In this document: positions 26,837-34,841 of the stretch, piece after piece
Layout: the number at the start of each line of letters is the position of its first letter
Position numbering within the stretch: the first letter of the stretch is position 1
From: an uncultured Oscillospiraceae bacterium
Lineage (GTDB): Bacteria > Bacillota > Clostridia > Christensenellales > CAG-138
Assembly (NCBI GenBank): GCA_964490325.1
Contig: CAZBBX010000002.1
Location: 253-64,252, forward strand
DNA: 64,000 nucleotides
Reading direction: 5' to 3'
Position numbers and translations under genes: made by a program
The notes under the pieces: model-generated
Told to the model about the DNA's origin: nothing
Databases searched by the model: none
What the model saw: only the letters and a program-made list of their open reading frames with translations

Positions 26837-27382
26837 ATGTACGCATTAGGTATGGTCGAGTCCATCTCCATCCCCGCCGGCATCGAAGCGGGCGATGCGA
26901 TGCTCAAAGCGGCAGAGGTGGATCTGGTGCTTGCACAGGTCGTCTGTGCGGGCAAATACATCGTCTGCGTCAGCGGAGAAGTCGCGGCCGTGCGTCACGC
27001 CGTGGAGGCAGGTACGGTCGTCGCCGCCAACTGTCTGGTGGACAGCTTTGTCATTCCAAACGTCCACGAGAAGGTCATTGCAGCCATGAACGCCGCCTCC
27101 GTCATCGAGGAGGTCGCCGCCATCGGCATCATCGAGACCTTTTCCCTCTCCGCCGCCGTGCAGGTGGCCGATCACGCGGTCAAGGCCGCCGAGGTCGAAC
27201 TGATCGAAGTCCGTTTGGGCCGCGGCATGGGCGGCAAGTCCTTCGTCCTGTTGACAGGCGAGGTGGCAGCCGTGCGCGCAGCGGTACAGGCGGCACAAGC
27301 CCACGAGGAGTTAGCGGGTATGCTGGCAAGGAGCGTTGTGATCCCTTCGCCGCATCCCGATTTGATTCAAGCTCTGCTGTAA
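26837..27382 (+). CDS. Tandem-domain BMC-T shell protein, PduT-like
   Basis: Two BMC domains: LGMVESISIPAGIEAGDAMLKAA.. and AIGIIETFSLSAAVQVADHAVKAA... Cys37 in VVCAGKY aligns with the Fe-S ligand Cys in ICPGKF of PduT as I recall that sequence. Confidence 0.8.
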   Translation: MYALGMVESISIPAGIEAGDAMLKAAEVDLVLAQVVCAGKYIVCVSGEVAAVRHAVEAGTVVAANCLVDSFVIPNVHEKVIAAMNAASVIEEVAAIGIIETFSLSAAVQVADHAVKAAEVELIEVRLGRGMGGKSFVLLTGEVAAVRAAVQAAQAHEELAGMLARSVVIPSPHPDLIQALL

Positions 27383-27430
27383 GGCAGGATCTACCTTTCA
27401 AAATACAGAACAAAAATAAGGAGTACAGTC

Positions 27431-27721
27431 ATGAAAGAAGCATTGGGTATGGTTGAAACGCGTGGCCTGATCGGCGCCATCGAGGCGGCGGACGCCATGG
27501 TGAAAGCGGCAAACGTCCGTTTGGCCGGCAAGGAACAGATCGGCAGCGGCCTTGTCACCGTCATGGTGCGCGGCGACGTCGGCGCGGTCAAGGCAGCAGT
27601 CGAAGCAGGCAGCGCAGCGGCAAGCCGCGTGGGCGAGCTGTACGGCGCGCATGTCATTCCCCGTCCGCACAGCGATGTGGAATACATCATCCCGCAGGTG
27701 CCCGAGCAGGCACAGGCATAA
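27431..27721 (+). CDS. BMC-H hexamer shell protein (PduA/EutM-like), copy 1
   Basis: [67 protein letters not shown]. Confidence 0.92.
   Translation: MKEALGMVETRGLIGAIEAADAMVKAANVRLAGKEQIGSGLVTVMVRGDVGAVKAAVEAGSAAASRVGELYGAHVIPRPHSDVEYIIPQVPEQAQA
27536..27585 (+). repeat. 50-nt stretch identical to 28116-28165 (BMC-H paralogs)
   Basis: cagatcggcagcggccttgtcaccgtcatggtgcgcggcgacgtcggcgc reads the same in both BMC-H genes. Confidence 0.85.
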
Positions 27722-27724
27722 GGC

Positions 27725-27991
27725 ATGATCGTCGGCAGGATCGAGGGGAATGTCGTTGCGACCGTTAAGGATCGGCGACTGACGGGCGTCAAGCTGCTTT
27801 TGGTGCGCTTGATCGAGAATGGTACGCCCAAAAACCTCATCGTTGCGGCTGACATCACCCGCCAAGCGGGCATGAACGACTTTGTGACCTTGGAGACCTC
27901 CAAGGAAAGCTCGCTCATGTTCCGTGAGGAGCAGTGCGCCTGTGATTATGGGATCACCGGCTTTATCGACGATTTTCACGAAGAACTATAA
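27725..27991 (+). CDS. BMC pentamer vertex protein (EutN/CcmL family), divergent paralog 2
   Basis: [52 protein letters not shown]. The N-terminal half is EutN-like. The usual GAG..GS.AR region is diverged. Confidence 0.7.
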   Translation: MIVGRIEGNVVATVKDRRLTGVKLLLVRLIENGTPKNLIVAADITRQAGMNDFVTLETSKESSLMFREEQCACDYGITGFIDDFHEEL

Positions 27992-28007
27992 TTTTTGGAG
28001 GTTTATC

Positions 28008-28292
28008 ATGGAGAAGCAAGCTCTGGGTATGGTTGAGACCCGCGGACTGATCGGCGCCATCGAAGCGGCCGACGCAATGGTCAAAGCGGCAAACGTTCAC
28101 CTCATCGGCAAGCAGCAGATCGGCAGCGGCCTTGTCACCGTCATGGTGCGCGGCGACGTCGGCGCAGTCAAGGCTGCGGTCGAAGCAGGCGGTTCTGCGG
28201 CGAAGGTCGTGGGCGAGCTGTACGGCGTACATGTCATTCCCCGTCCGCATGACGACGTGGAGTACATCCTGCCGAACATCGACAAGAAGTAA
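28008..28292 (+). CDS. BMC-H hexamer shell protein (PduA/EutM-like), copy 2
   Basis: [73 protein letters not shown] lies before the ATG at 28008. The ORF-track start at 27924 overlaps the previous gene. Confidence 0.92.
   Translation: MEKQALGMVETRGLIGAIEAADAMVKAANVHLIGKQQIGSGLVTVMVRGDVGAVKAAVEAGGSAAKVVGELYGVHVIPRPHDDVEYILPNIDKK
28116..28165 (+). repeat. 50-nt stretch identical to 27536-27585 (BMC-H paralogs)
   Basis: Same 50-mer as in BMC-H copy 1. The flanking DNA is similar but not identical. Confidence 0.85.
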
Positions 28293-28298
28293 GCTCTT

Positions 28299-28592
28299 AT
28301 GAAGCTGGCGCGTGTCGTCGGAAATGTGGTCTCCACCATCAAGGAGAAGACCCATTACGGCAAAAAAATGCTGATCGTGCAGCCCATCGATACGGATGGC
28401 TCCCCTCTCGGCGCGCGCATTGTCGCTTTGGACGCGGTGGACGCGGGGATCGGCGACGTTGTGTTGCTCTGTGTCGAGGGCGGTTCTGCAAAGATCGCCC
28501 TCAACGACAAGGACGTCATCATCAACGCGGTGGTGACGGGCGTGGTGGATTACTACACCGTGGACGGCGTGACCCGCGACGTGCAGCACTGA
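28299..28592 (+). CDS. BMC pentamer vertex protein (EutN/CcmL family), paralog 3
   Basis: MKLARVVGNVVSTIKEKTHYGKKMLIVQPID..IVALDAVDAGIGDVVLLCVEGGSAKIAL. Confidence 0.85.
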   Translation: MKLARVVGNVVSTIKEKTHYGKKMLIVQPIDTDGSPLGARIVALDAVDAGIGDVVLLCVEGGSAKIALNDKDVIINAVVTGVVDYYTVDGVTRDVQH

Positions 28593-28682
28593 GCGATCCA
28601 AGTCCCCTTCCCTGCCCTTTTCTGTATGGAGGGGGCATTTTCCCGTGTAACTTTACCATGGCCTTAGGCCGAAGGGATACCC

Positions 28683-29507
28683 ATGACCAACGAAGAAATG
28701 AGCGAACTGATCCGCAAGCAGGTGGTCGATGCCATCACCGCCTCGCGCTGCGCCGCTTCGGGGATCGGCTGCAAGCCCCCGGTGGGGACGGGCTGCGAAC
28801 CCGTGCCTGTGGTGGGACAGACCGGCTGCCCCGGCGTCAATCCCGCCGCCGCACCCTGCGGCGAGCTGGCCGCCGTGCTGGAGCATTCCCTGCTGAACCC
28901 CGACATAAGCGAGCAAAAGGTGCTGAAGGGCTGCCAAGAGGCAATTCAGTACGGCTTTGCCAATGTCTGCGTCACGCCCTACCTCGTCAACGCCGCCGCA
29001 AAGCATTTGAGCGGCAGCAAGGTCTTGGTATCCGCCCCCGTAGGCTTTCCCCACGGCGCAGCATCGCTGTTTTCCAAGTGCGCCGAGATCCGCTACTGCA
29101 TCCAGTGCGGTGCCAAGGAGCTGGATCTTTCGCTGAACATCGTGGCAGCCAAGAGCGGACAATGGGACGTGGTATACCGCGAGCTGTGCGAGATGCTGAA
29201 CACCGCGGGTAATCGCGCCGTCTGTAAGGCTATCTATGAGCAGGGGCTGTATACGGACGAGGAAAAGACAAAGATCCTGCAGCTGATCGACAAGAGCCGT
29301 GCTCCCTACCTGAAGATCAGCAACGCCCTGACGGGAAAGAAGGCCGTCCCCGAGGATGTGCGCTTCGTGCGCTCAGTGGTGGGCGACCGCATCGGCATCA
29401 AGATCGACGGCGGCATCAAGACCGCCCAGACTGTGCGGGAGCTGCAGGCTGCGGGCGCGCAGCGCTTCGGCTGCTCCGCCTCCGTCGCAATCGTTACGGG
29501 CGCTTAG
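28683..29507 (+). CDS. Divergent DeoC/DERA-family aldolase paralog with N-terminal helix and Cys/Pro/Gly-rich linker
   Basis: MTNEEMSELIRKQVVDAITA helix. Linker SRCAASGIGCKPPVGTGCEPVPVVGQTGCPGVNPAAAPCG. Aldolase core LEHSLLNPD, VCVTP, PVGFPHGA, ELDLSLNIVAAKSGQW, CKAIYE, YLKISNAL, GIKIDGGIKT aligns block by block with the first copy. Confidence 0.75.
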   Translation: MTNEEMSELIRKQVVDAITASRCAASGIGCKPPVGTGCEPVPVVGQTGCPGVNPAAAPCGELAAVLEHSLLNPDISEQKVLKGCQEAIQYGFANVCVTPYLVNAAAKHLSGSKVLVSAPVGFPHGAASLFSKCAEIRYCIQCGAKELDLSLNIVAAKSGQWDVVYRELCEMLNTAGNRAVCKAIYEQGLYTDEEKTKILQLIDKSRAPYLKISNALTGKKAVPEDVRFVRSVVGDRIGIKIDGGIKTAQTVRELQAAGAQRFGCSASVAIVTGA

Positions 29508-29534
29508 AAACATCTTTATAAGAAGGCAACAGCA

Positions 29535-29568
29535 GATCACCCCGCCAAGCAGCGGGGTGATCCTTTTA
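29535..29568 (+). terminator. Intrinsic terminator closing the BMC operon
   Basis: GATCACCCCGC-caagca-GCGGGGTGATC followed by CTTTTAT, 28 nt after the stop at 29507. Confidence 0.75.
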
Positions 29569-29701
29569 TCCTATTCCTTTTATGTTTTTTGTCCGCGACG
29601 TCTTAAGTGGATTCATTCTGAATCCGTCATGTTTCCCTCATTTTCCGAAAAGCTTTTCACCTATATAAACAGCACCTGTCAAGAAAGATTACAGCTTTAA
29701 C

Positions 29702-29734
29702 AAAAAAAGGAACTGCTTACATAAGACAGTTCCT
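29702..29734 (-). terminator. Intrinsic terminator after the MFS gene
   Basis: Minus strand AGGAACTG-tcttatgtaag-CAGTTCCT followed by TTTTTTTG. Confidence 0.75.
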
Positions 29735-29750
29735 GCGTTCTATTTAAAAG

Positions 29751-31022
29751 CTATTGCTGCAGCGCTGTTTCCTTCTTTTGCCTTGCGGCGGAGATGAGAT
29801 ACAGCGGTATGGCGGCAAGCTGCGCCACGACCGACAGGGCGATCATGGCGGGCAAGCTCCACTCGTACAGCGCGCCCAAGAGCCAGCTTCCCAGAAACCA
29901 AAACACTCCAAAGGAGCATTCAAACACCCCATACCCCGTGGCTCTTGCGTGCTTGGGCACCATGCTTGTGACGGCCGCTTTCAATATGGATTCCTGCGCG
30001 CCCATGCCTATGCCCCACAGCGCCACGCCGATCAAAAGGAGCGGCACCGAATCGAAGCCGAAGATGAACAGCGCGAAGGGCGCTGTTATGAGCGTTGACC
30101 AAGCAAGCACGCGTACGCCCCGCTTGTCGTACCACAGGCCGAACAGCAGCGCTGCCACCGCGTCCACCAGCATGGCTCCCGCGTACAGCAGGGGCAGCGT
30201 CCCCGTGGTGATGAGTGCGGAACCCGTGCTGAGCGAGGGCGCCAGTTCGGTGTAGACTCTGGAAACGTGCATGACGATCAGCGAATAGTCGATAAAGCCG
30301 AACGCAAACAGGCTGATACCCGCAATGTAGAGGATGAAGCTCCCGCGCATACGAAACGGAACGTACTCCTTGGGTTCGGGCTCAAAGCGTTCGGGATTGG
30401 GAAACTTTTTACGCGTGACGATCAGGAGGATCAGCGTGATCGCCCCGGGTATGGCAAGCACGGCAAAACAGCCTGCGTAGATCTCGTAGGTCGTTCCCTC
30501 CGTGCGAAAGAGCATGACAAGGTACAAAAGCACGGGACCAAGGAACGCGCCGATCTGATCCAACAGCTCCTGTATGCCAAAGCTCTTGCCCACGCCCTCC
30601 TGCGAGGCTGCAAAGGACATGATGGCGTCCTTGGCGGGCTTCTTAATGGCCTTGCCCATGCGTTGGATGATGAGCAGACCGCAGGCCGCGATCCAGCCAT
30701 GCTCCCCCACCAACGCCAGCGCGGGAACGGCAAGGACGTCCAGCACATAGCCCACGATGGTCATGGGCCAGTAGCGCTTGGATCTGTCAGTCAGCTTGCC
30801 AAACAGGAAGCGCAGGGAGTAGCCGATCATCTCCCCCAAGCCCGATACGAAGCCTATGGTGGAGGCGGATGCGCCAAGCAAAGCAAGGTATGCGCCGCGT
30901 ATGCAGGTCGCGCCTTCATGCGTCATGTCCGAGAACAGGCTGACCACGCCAAAGAGGATGATGAACAGCATCGCCTGCGAAATGCGGTGCTTTTTTAGTT
31001 GCTTTTTCTCCTCAGTCTGCAT
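29751..31022 (-). CDS. MFS transporter
   Basis: 423 aa with about 12 hydrophobic segments and an MFS-like loop motif GKLTDRSKRYWPM between TM2 and TM3. Confidence 0.8.
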   Translation of the reverse strand: MQTEEKKQLKKHRISQAMLFIILFGVVSLFSDMTHEGATCIRGAYLALLGASASTIGFVSGLGEMIGYSLRFLFGKLTDRSKRYWPMTIVGYVLDVLAVPALALVGEHGWIAACGLLIIQRMGKAIKKPAKDAIMSFAASQEGVGKSFGIQELLDQIGAFLGPVLLYLVMLFRTEGTTYEIYAGCFAVLAIPGAITLILLIVTRKKFPNPERFEPEPKEYVPFRMRGSFILYIAGISLFAFGFIDYSLIVMHVSRVYTELAPSLSTGSALITTGTLPLLYAGAMLVDAVAALLFGLWYDKRGVRVLAWSTLITAPFALFIFGFDSVPLLLIGVALWGIGMGAQESILKAAVTSMVPKHARATGYGVFECSFGVFWFLGSWLLGALYEWSLPAMIALSVVAQLAAIPLYLISAARQKKETALQQ

Positions 31023-31509
31023 GGTCTTCCTGCCCTCTCTTGTTGGCGATCAGATCCGTAAGCGTGGGAAAGCCCGCTCGGCTCTCCTGCTTGGAGCGCC
31101 TGTACAGCTTGTCCAGCGTACTTGTAAAGGCGGCACGCTCCTTTGCTCCCAGCTCTGCTGTCAACCATTCATAGAACAAGCTCTCCGCCTGTACACGGGA
31201 AAGCTTCATCGATTCTGCGCGCTCCGTGGCGTACAGCTTGCAGCAGCGCTTGTCGGCAGCGTCCTCCTTGCGCGTCAAGTATCCCTTCGTCTCCAGCACG
31301 GCACAGCGGCGCGCAACGGCGGCGCGATCCATGCAAAGTGTGCGGCAAAGTTCCGCCTGTGAGCAGCCCGCATGATGACGGACCGTGTGGATCAAGTCCA
31401 TATCCGTTGCGCCCAAGCCGTCCTGCCTGCAGTTTTGCGCTGTAAAATGCGCCAACTCCCTGACGATCTTGCTCATCTGTCTTTCTGTAGGGTCCATGTT
31501 CGCTCCCAT
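31012..31509 (-). CDS. MarR-family transcriptional regulator
   Basis: Winged-HTH region GCSQAELCRTLCMDRAAVARRCAVLETKGYLTRKEDAADKR. It overlaps the MFS start by 11 nt, a typical MarR-efflux pairing. Confidence 0.8.
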   Translation of the reverse strand: MGANMDPTERQMSKIVRELAHFTAQNCRQDGLGATDMDLIHTVRHHAGCSQAELCRTLCMDRAAVARRCAVLETKGYLTRKEDAADKRCCKLYATERAESMKLSRVQAESLFYEWLTAELGAKERAAFTSTLDKLYRRSKQESRAGFPTLTDLIANKRGQEDHAD

Positions 31510-31801
31510 TCGTTTCGTTGATGAATCAACGGTATATGCCGAAGTATACCCCTCTGCTTTCCGCTTGTCAAGCGATAAAAAGGAGACATGCGTGGATCGA
31601 TTGCCGCTCTATGCTTCCCTTTGCAGTGCACACGGATGGCGAGAAGGAGGCAGCGGGTGTTTCATCTGTGCCCTCTTGCGTATCAGCACAAAGGTCGTCA
31701 GGCCGTCGGGATAAAGGCCACGATAGTCATGAAGAATATGAATTAGGAATATGCTGTGCTGCAGCTTTTGTCGGCAGGAATGAGCCGCCCCCTGCGGGCC
31801 T

Positions 31802-32797
31802 TTACTGTGTGCCCTTCTTTGTGACCCTTCTCGGCACAGCCGAAGGGTCTAAGCAGGTATCGTAATTGAGCGGCAGAGAGCAGAGCTTGCCGTTCGTGTC
31901 CATGTAGAAGAGATAGTCCTTGCTTGCTGTCGGCGCACAGCCTGCCGCAAGCTTCTTACGTCCCTTCCCGTTCAGATCGGTCACATATATTTCGTCCTTC
32001 TTATTCGCATAAATCAACAGATCCCCAATGATGGTGAAGGAATCCACACCGTGATCCACGATGCGATCCATGTCGCCATGCTCCATCGTCTTCGCGTTAT
32101 ACCTTTCAAGCGCGTAATCATCGTTGTAGCTGATGCTGTAGATGTACGAACCGTAAACGACAAGTCCAACGGAGTAGCCCGGAAAGCTTTTCCATTCGTT
32201 CGTATCGTAGTTGATCTTTGTTATGGATTCATGGCAGGAAAAGACAAAGGAATCCCCACAGGCATATAGGTTCTGTGCAACAAAAAGATTGGAGTTTTCC
32301 TCTTCCAATGCTTCGTTTTCGCTTCCGTCAAGGCGCATTCGGCAGCTTTGTGCAGGAGACAGGGTCTCGTAATAGATCCAATCGTCCTGTATCAGAAAGT
32401 CAATGATACTGCGTTCCGACAAGGCGCTCTCCGTATTGCTTTTAAGGTCATAGCAAAACAGCGAGTAACAAAAAGGCGTTTCTTCGTTATTCGTTCGTTC
32501 GCTCTGCAAGTAAAACAGTTTGTCGGCCGCCCCCTGTACGCGGATCCCCAACTTGGCGTTCGCGTGATCGCTCAGCTTTATGGGATTCTGCAGATCGAGA
32601 TCCATGCGGTACAGGCGGCACTCGTCATCGGGATTTGCATAGTAGTAAAAGCCGTCATACTGCGTGATATAGCTGCAGGTGGACAGCATGGAACCGTCCA
32701 AATCGGAATACGCAAGCGTCCCGACAGCCCGCCCCGTGCAGCCGCAAAGGCACAGTGCGGCAAGAAAAAGGATCGCGGCTCTAAAGAGTGCTTTCAT
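31802..32797 (-). CDS. Lipoprotein, DUF5050-like beta-propeller (tentative)
   Basis: MKALFRAAILFLAALCLCGC lipobox. Repeated F/WxYY..LYRMxLDG-type blades (DGFYYYANP..LYRMDLD, DDWIYYET..RMRLDG, SYIYSISY, DLLIYAN..IYVTDLNG, DYLFYMD). Confidence 0.6.
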   Translation of the reverse strand: MKALFRAAILFLAALCLCGCTGRAVGTLAYSDLDGSMLSTCSYITQYDGFYYYANPDDECRLYRMDLDLQNPIKLSDHANAKLGIRVQGAADKLFYLQSERTNNEETPFCYSLFCYDLKSNTESALSERSIIDFLIQDDWIYYETLSPAQSCRMRLDGSENEALEEENSNLFVAQNLYACGDSFVFSCHESITKINYDTNEWKSFPGYSVGLVVYGSYIYSISYNDDYALERYNAKTMEHGDMDRIVDHGVDSFTIIGDLLIYANKKDEIYVTDLNGKGRKKLAAGCAPTASKDYLFYMDTNGKLCSLPLNYDTCLDPSAVPRRVTKKGTQ

Positions 32798-33028
32798 CTG
32801 TTTTTCATCCCCCGATCGGAAGGTTCTGTAAAACTGCTTTTGCTCTTCCTGCGTTTCCTTTTGTCGTTCGTATGGAAGATATACGGGATGCTTTTCCTTT
32901 ATCTTATCCTGCGTTTGTTTCGGTTTTGTGTTATTTCCATAAACATCCTACCCGAAATCAAGAAAAGGTCATTAGCCCCGCATGCGCGGCAGAGCGGCCT
33001 TTTGAACTTTTGCATATGCTCCTTTGGC

Positions 33029-33679
33029 TTAGTCCTCGGCTGCAGGCAGCGCGGTGTCGCTCGGGGCATCCGTATAGTACTGATATCTGAGCGGTTCGGT
33101 TCCGCTTTTCAGGATCGCATCACCGGTACCAAATTTATATCTCCTTGTGCACCCCATATGATCCTCTTGCGCATCATAGGTATATAGCCACAAATCGTAG
33201 TATTGAAAAACATCATCTTCAAACTCCAGTGAGATCTGACCGCGATCAAGGTTGATGTCTTCACAGAACAGATCCAGGCCTTCCCGTGAAAGCGTAATAC
33301 ATATGGACTGTTCGGAAAGTCCGGAAGTGTCTGCAAGTATCTCGCTGAACAGCTCCGACTCAAAACAGCGTTGTACCTTCTGGTGCACCTCCCCGGCGAT
33401 CTTTCCAGCTTCTTCCTCTGTGTTGACGGTATACTTCCCGGTTCCGCAAGTGTATTGGTATTTCTTATCCATGAATACTATATATGTATTAGAATCGTAT
33501 TCATAGAATTGTATGTAGCAATTCTCCGTGCTTAGATCCGCAATGTCTTCGCGAGAAGCCGCATACAGCGTACTGACCTCCTCCTCTGAAAGCGGCTTGT
33601 ACTTGCAGGAAGCGGACAGGGTAATGATCGCGATAAGGACTACTGGAACACCAAATAAGCGTTTGATCCGTGAGAGCAT
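33029..33679 (-). CDS. Putative lipoprotein, no recognisable family
   Basis: GGAGG lies 5 nt before the ATG at 33679. MLSRIKRLFGVPVVLIAIITLSASC is a signal peptide plus lipobox. Confidence 0.6.
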   Translation of the reverse strand: MLSRIKRLFGVPVVLIAIITLSASCKYKPLSEEEVSTLYAASREDIADLSTENCYIQFYEYDSNTYIVFMDKKYQYTCGTGKYTVNTEEEAGKIAGEVHQKVQRCFESELFSEILADTSGLSEQSICITLSREGLDLFCEDINLDRGQISLEFEDDVFQYYDLWLYTYDAQEDHMGCTRRYKFGTGDAILKSGTEPLRYQYYTDAPSDTALPAAED

Positions 33680-33850
33680 ACTTACCTCCATAATAGAACC
33701 CTTAGTTGGCCGATTTCGTCAAAGGATGTTGCATATGCGCAAAAAGCGCCTTGGCTTTAAGTACAAGCTCCGCCGCTTCCTTTCCCGCTTCACGGCTTTC
33801 CCCTGCAGATAAGAACGGCCGCGCCACGCCGCAGGGCAGGCGCTCCTTTC

Positions 33851-34507
33851 TCAGCCTACGTCCTCGGTCTGTCGATATGTTCCCAGCCAAGCTTCAAAGG
33901 CTTCCGCCTGGATCCAAACCCGGCAGTCCACATTTTTCGATGCGTCCCGTATCCATGTTGCGGCTGCGCCATTTGTGTATCTGTTGACAATGAACGAGTA
34001 GTACACCTGCGGATAGGGAGTATACCACACGTCAATATAGCTGTCGCCGACATATCGGCAATCCTCTTTGAGCGCATCTGCAGCGGTTTGATCATAATAA
34101 ACAGTCCCTTGTTGCAGGATGGCGAACAGCTCGCGGATGGCTGCCGCATCGCTGATCGTTTGTGCGGTGTCAAGCCGAATGCAGTCCACCATACTTGCTG
34201 CGTTTTCGTCAAGAATACTCGGCAGCGTGATCTCCTTTTTGTGCATAAGGTTCAGTTCTCTGTCATGGCAGCCGATCTGTTCGGGCTGCACAAAATCGTG
34301 CTCTGTGTCGCCTGCAACTTCGTAAAGCAGTTTGCCTTCCTTGATACCGATGCATCTTGACAAGGCGCCGCATCTCCAATCGACCGCGTAGGTATACTCG
34401 TCCAAAGAGATCTTGCTGCAGGCGAGGCAAACAATGGGGATGAGCACACCAAGCAGTAGGATGGCTGTCGCTATAAGCACACTGCGCTTTTTGATGGGTT
34501 TCTTCAT
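33851..34507 (-). CDS. Putative lipoprotein, no recognisable family
   Basis: AAGGAGG lies 9 nt before the ATG. MKKPIKKRSVLIATAILLLGVLIPIVCLAC. Confidence 0.6.
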   Translation of the reverse strand: MKKPIKKRSVLIATAILLLGVLIPIVCLACSKISLDEYTYAVDWRCGALSRCIGIKEGKLLYEVAGDTEHDFVQPEQIGCHDRELNLMHKKEITLPSILDENAASMVDCIRLDTAQTISDAAAIRELFAILQQGTVYYDQTAADALKEDCRYVGDSYIDVWYTPYPQVYYSFIVNRYTNGAAATWIRDASKNVDCRVWIQAEAFEAWLGTYRQTEDVG

Positions 34508-34841
34508 TTTGTTGTTCCTCCTTATGCGGATCGATCAACGATCGCGTTTTGTCCGTTCGGTCAAGGATCGGCCTGTATTGACTCGGAAAGCTATTGAGGA
34601 TCGTCCTTTGGTCGGGGTAAGTGGGGCTGCTGCGTTGCGTTTTGCCTGGCCTCCAATTGAGAGATCTGATCGCGATAGTCGTCATGGATCGGGCGGCTAC
34701 GGTTTATACACGGCAGGCAGCATGGCCCTACAGGCATACCATCCTTCCGACAGATCCTCATAACCATATTCCCAAACCATATCCGACAGGTCATATTCTG
34801 TGTAGATCAGATCACACTCGTCAAACTCGCCTTCGTCAATT

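Noticed and set aside
32990-33028. Small ORF MQKFKRPLCRACGANDLF.. after the stop at 33029, and the CCGCATGCGG palindrome.
   Set aside because: The GGAG-to-ATG spacing is only 3 nt, and the peptide shows no similarity to the other two junction sORFs. The palindrome alone is too short to interpret.
32348-33187. 279-aa plus-strand ORF across the DUF5050-like gene start and the next spacer.
   Set aside because: It runs antisense through a lipoprotein gene and an intergenic region. Its composition is irregular, and no SD or signal features are present.
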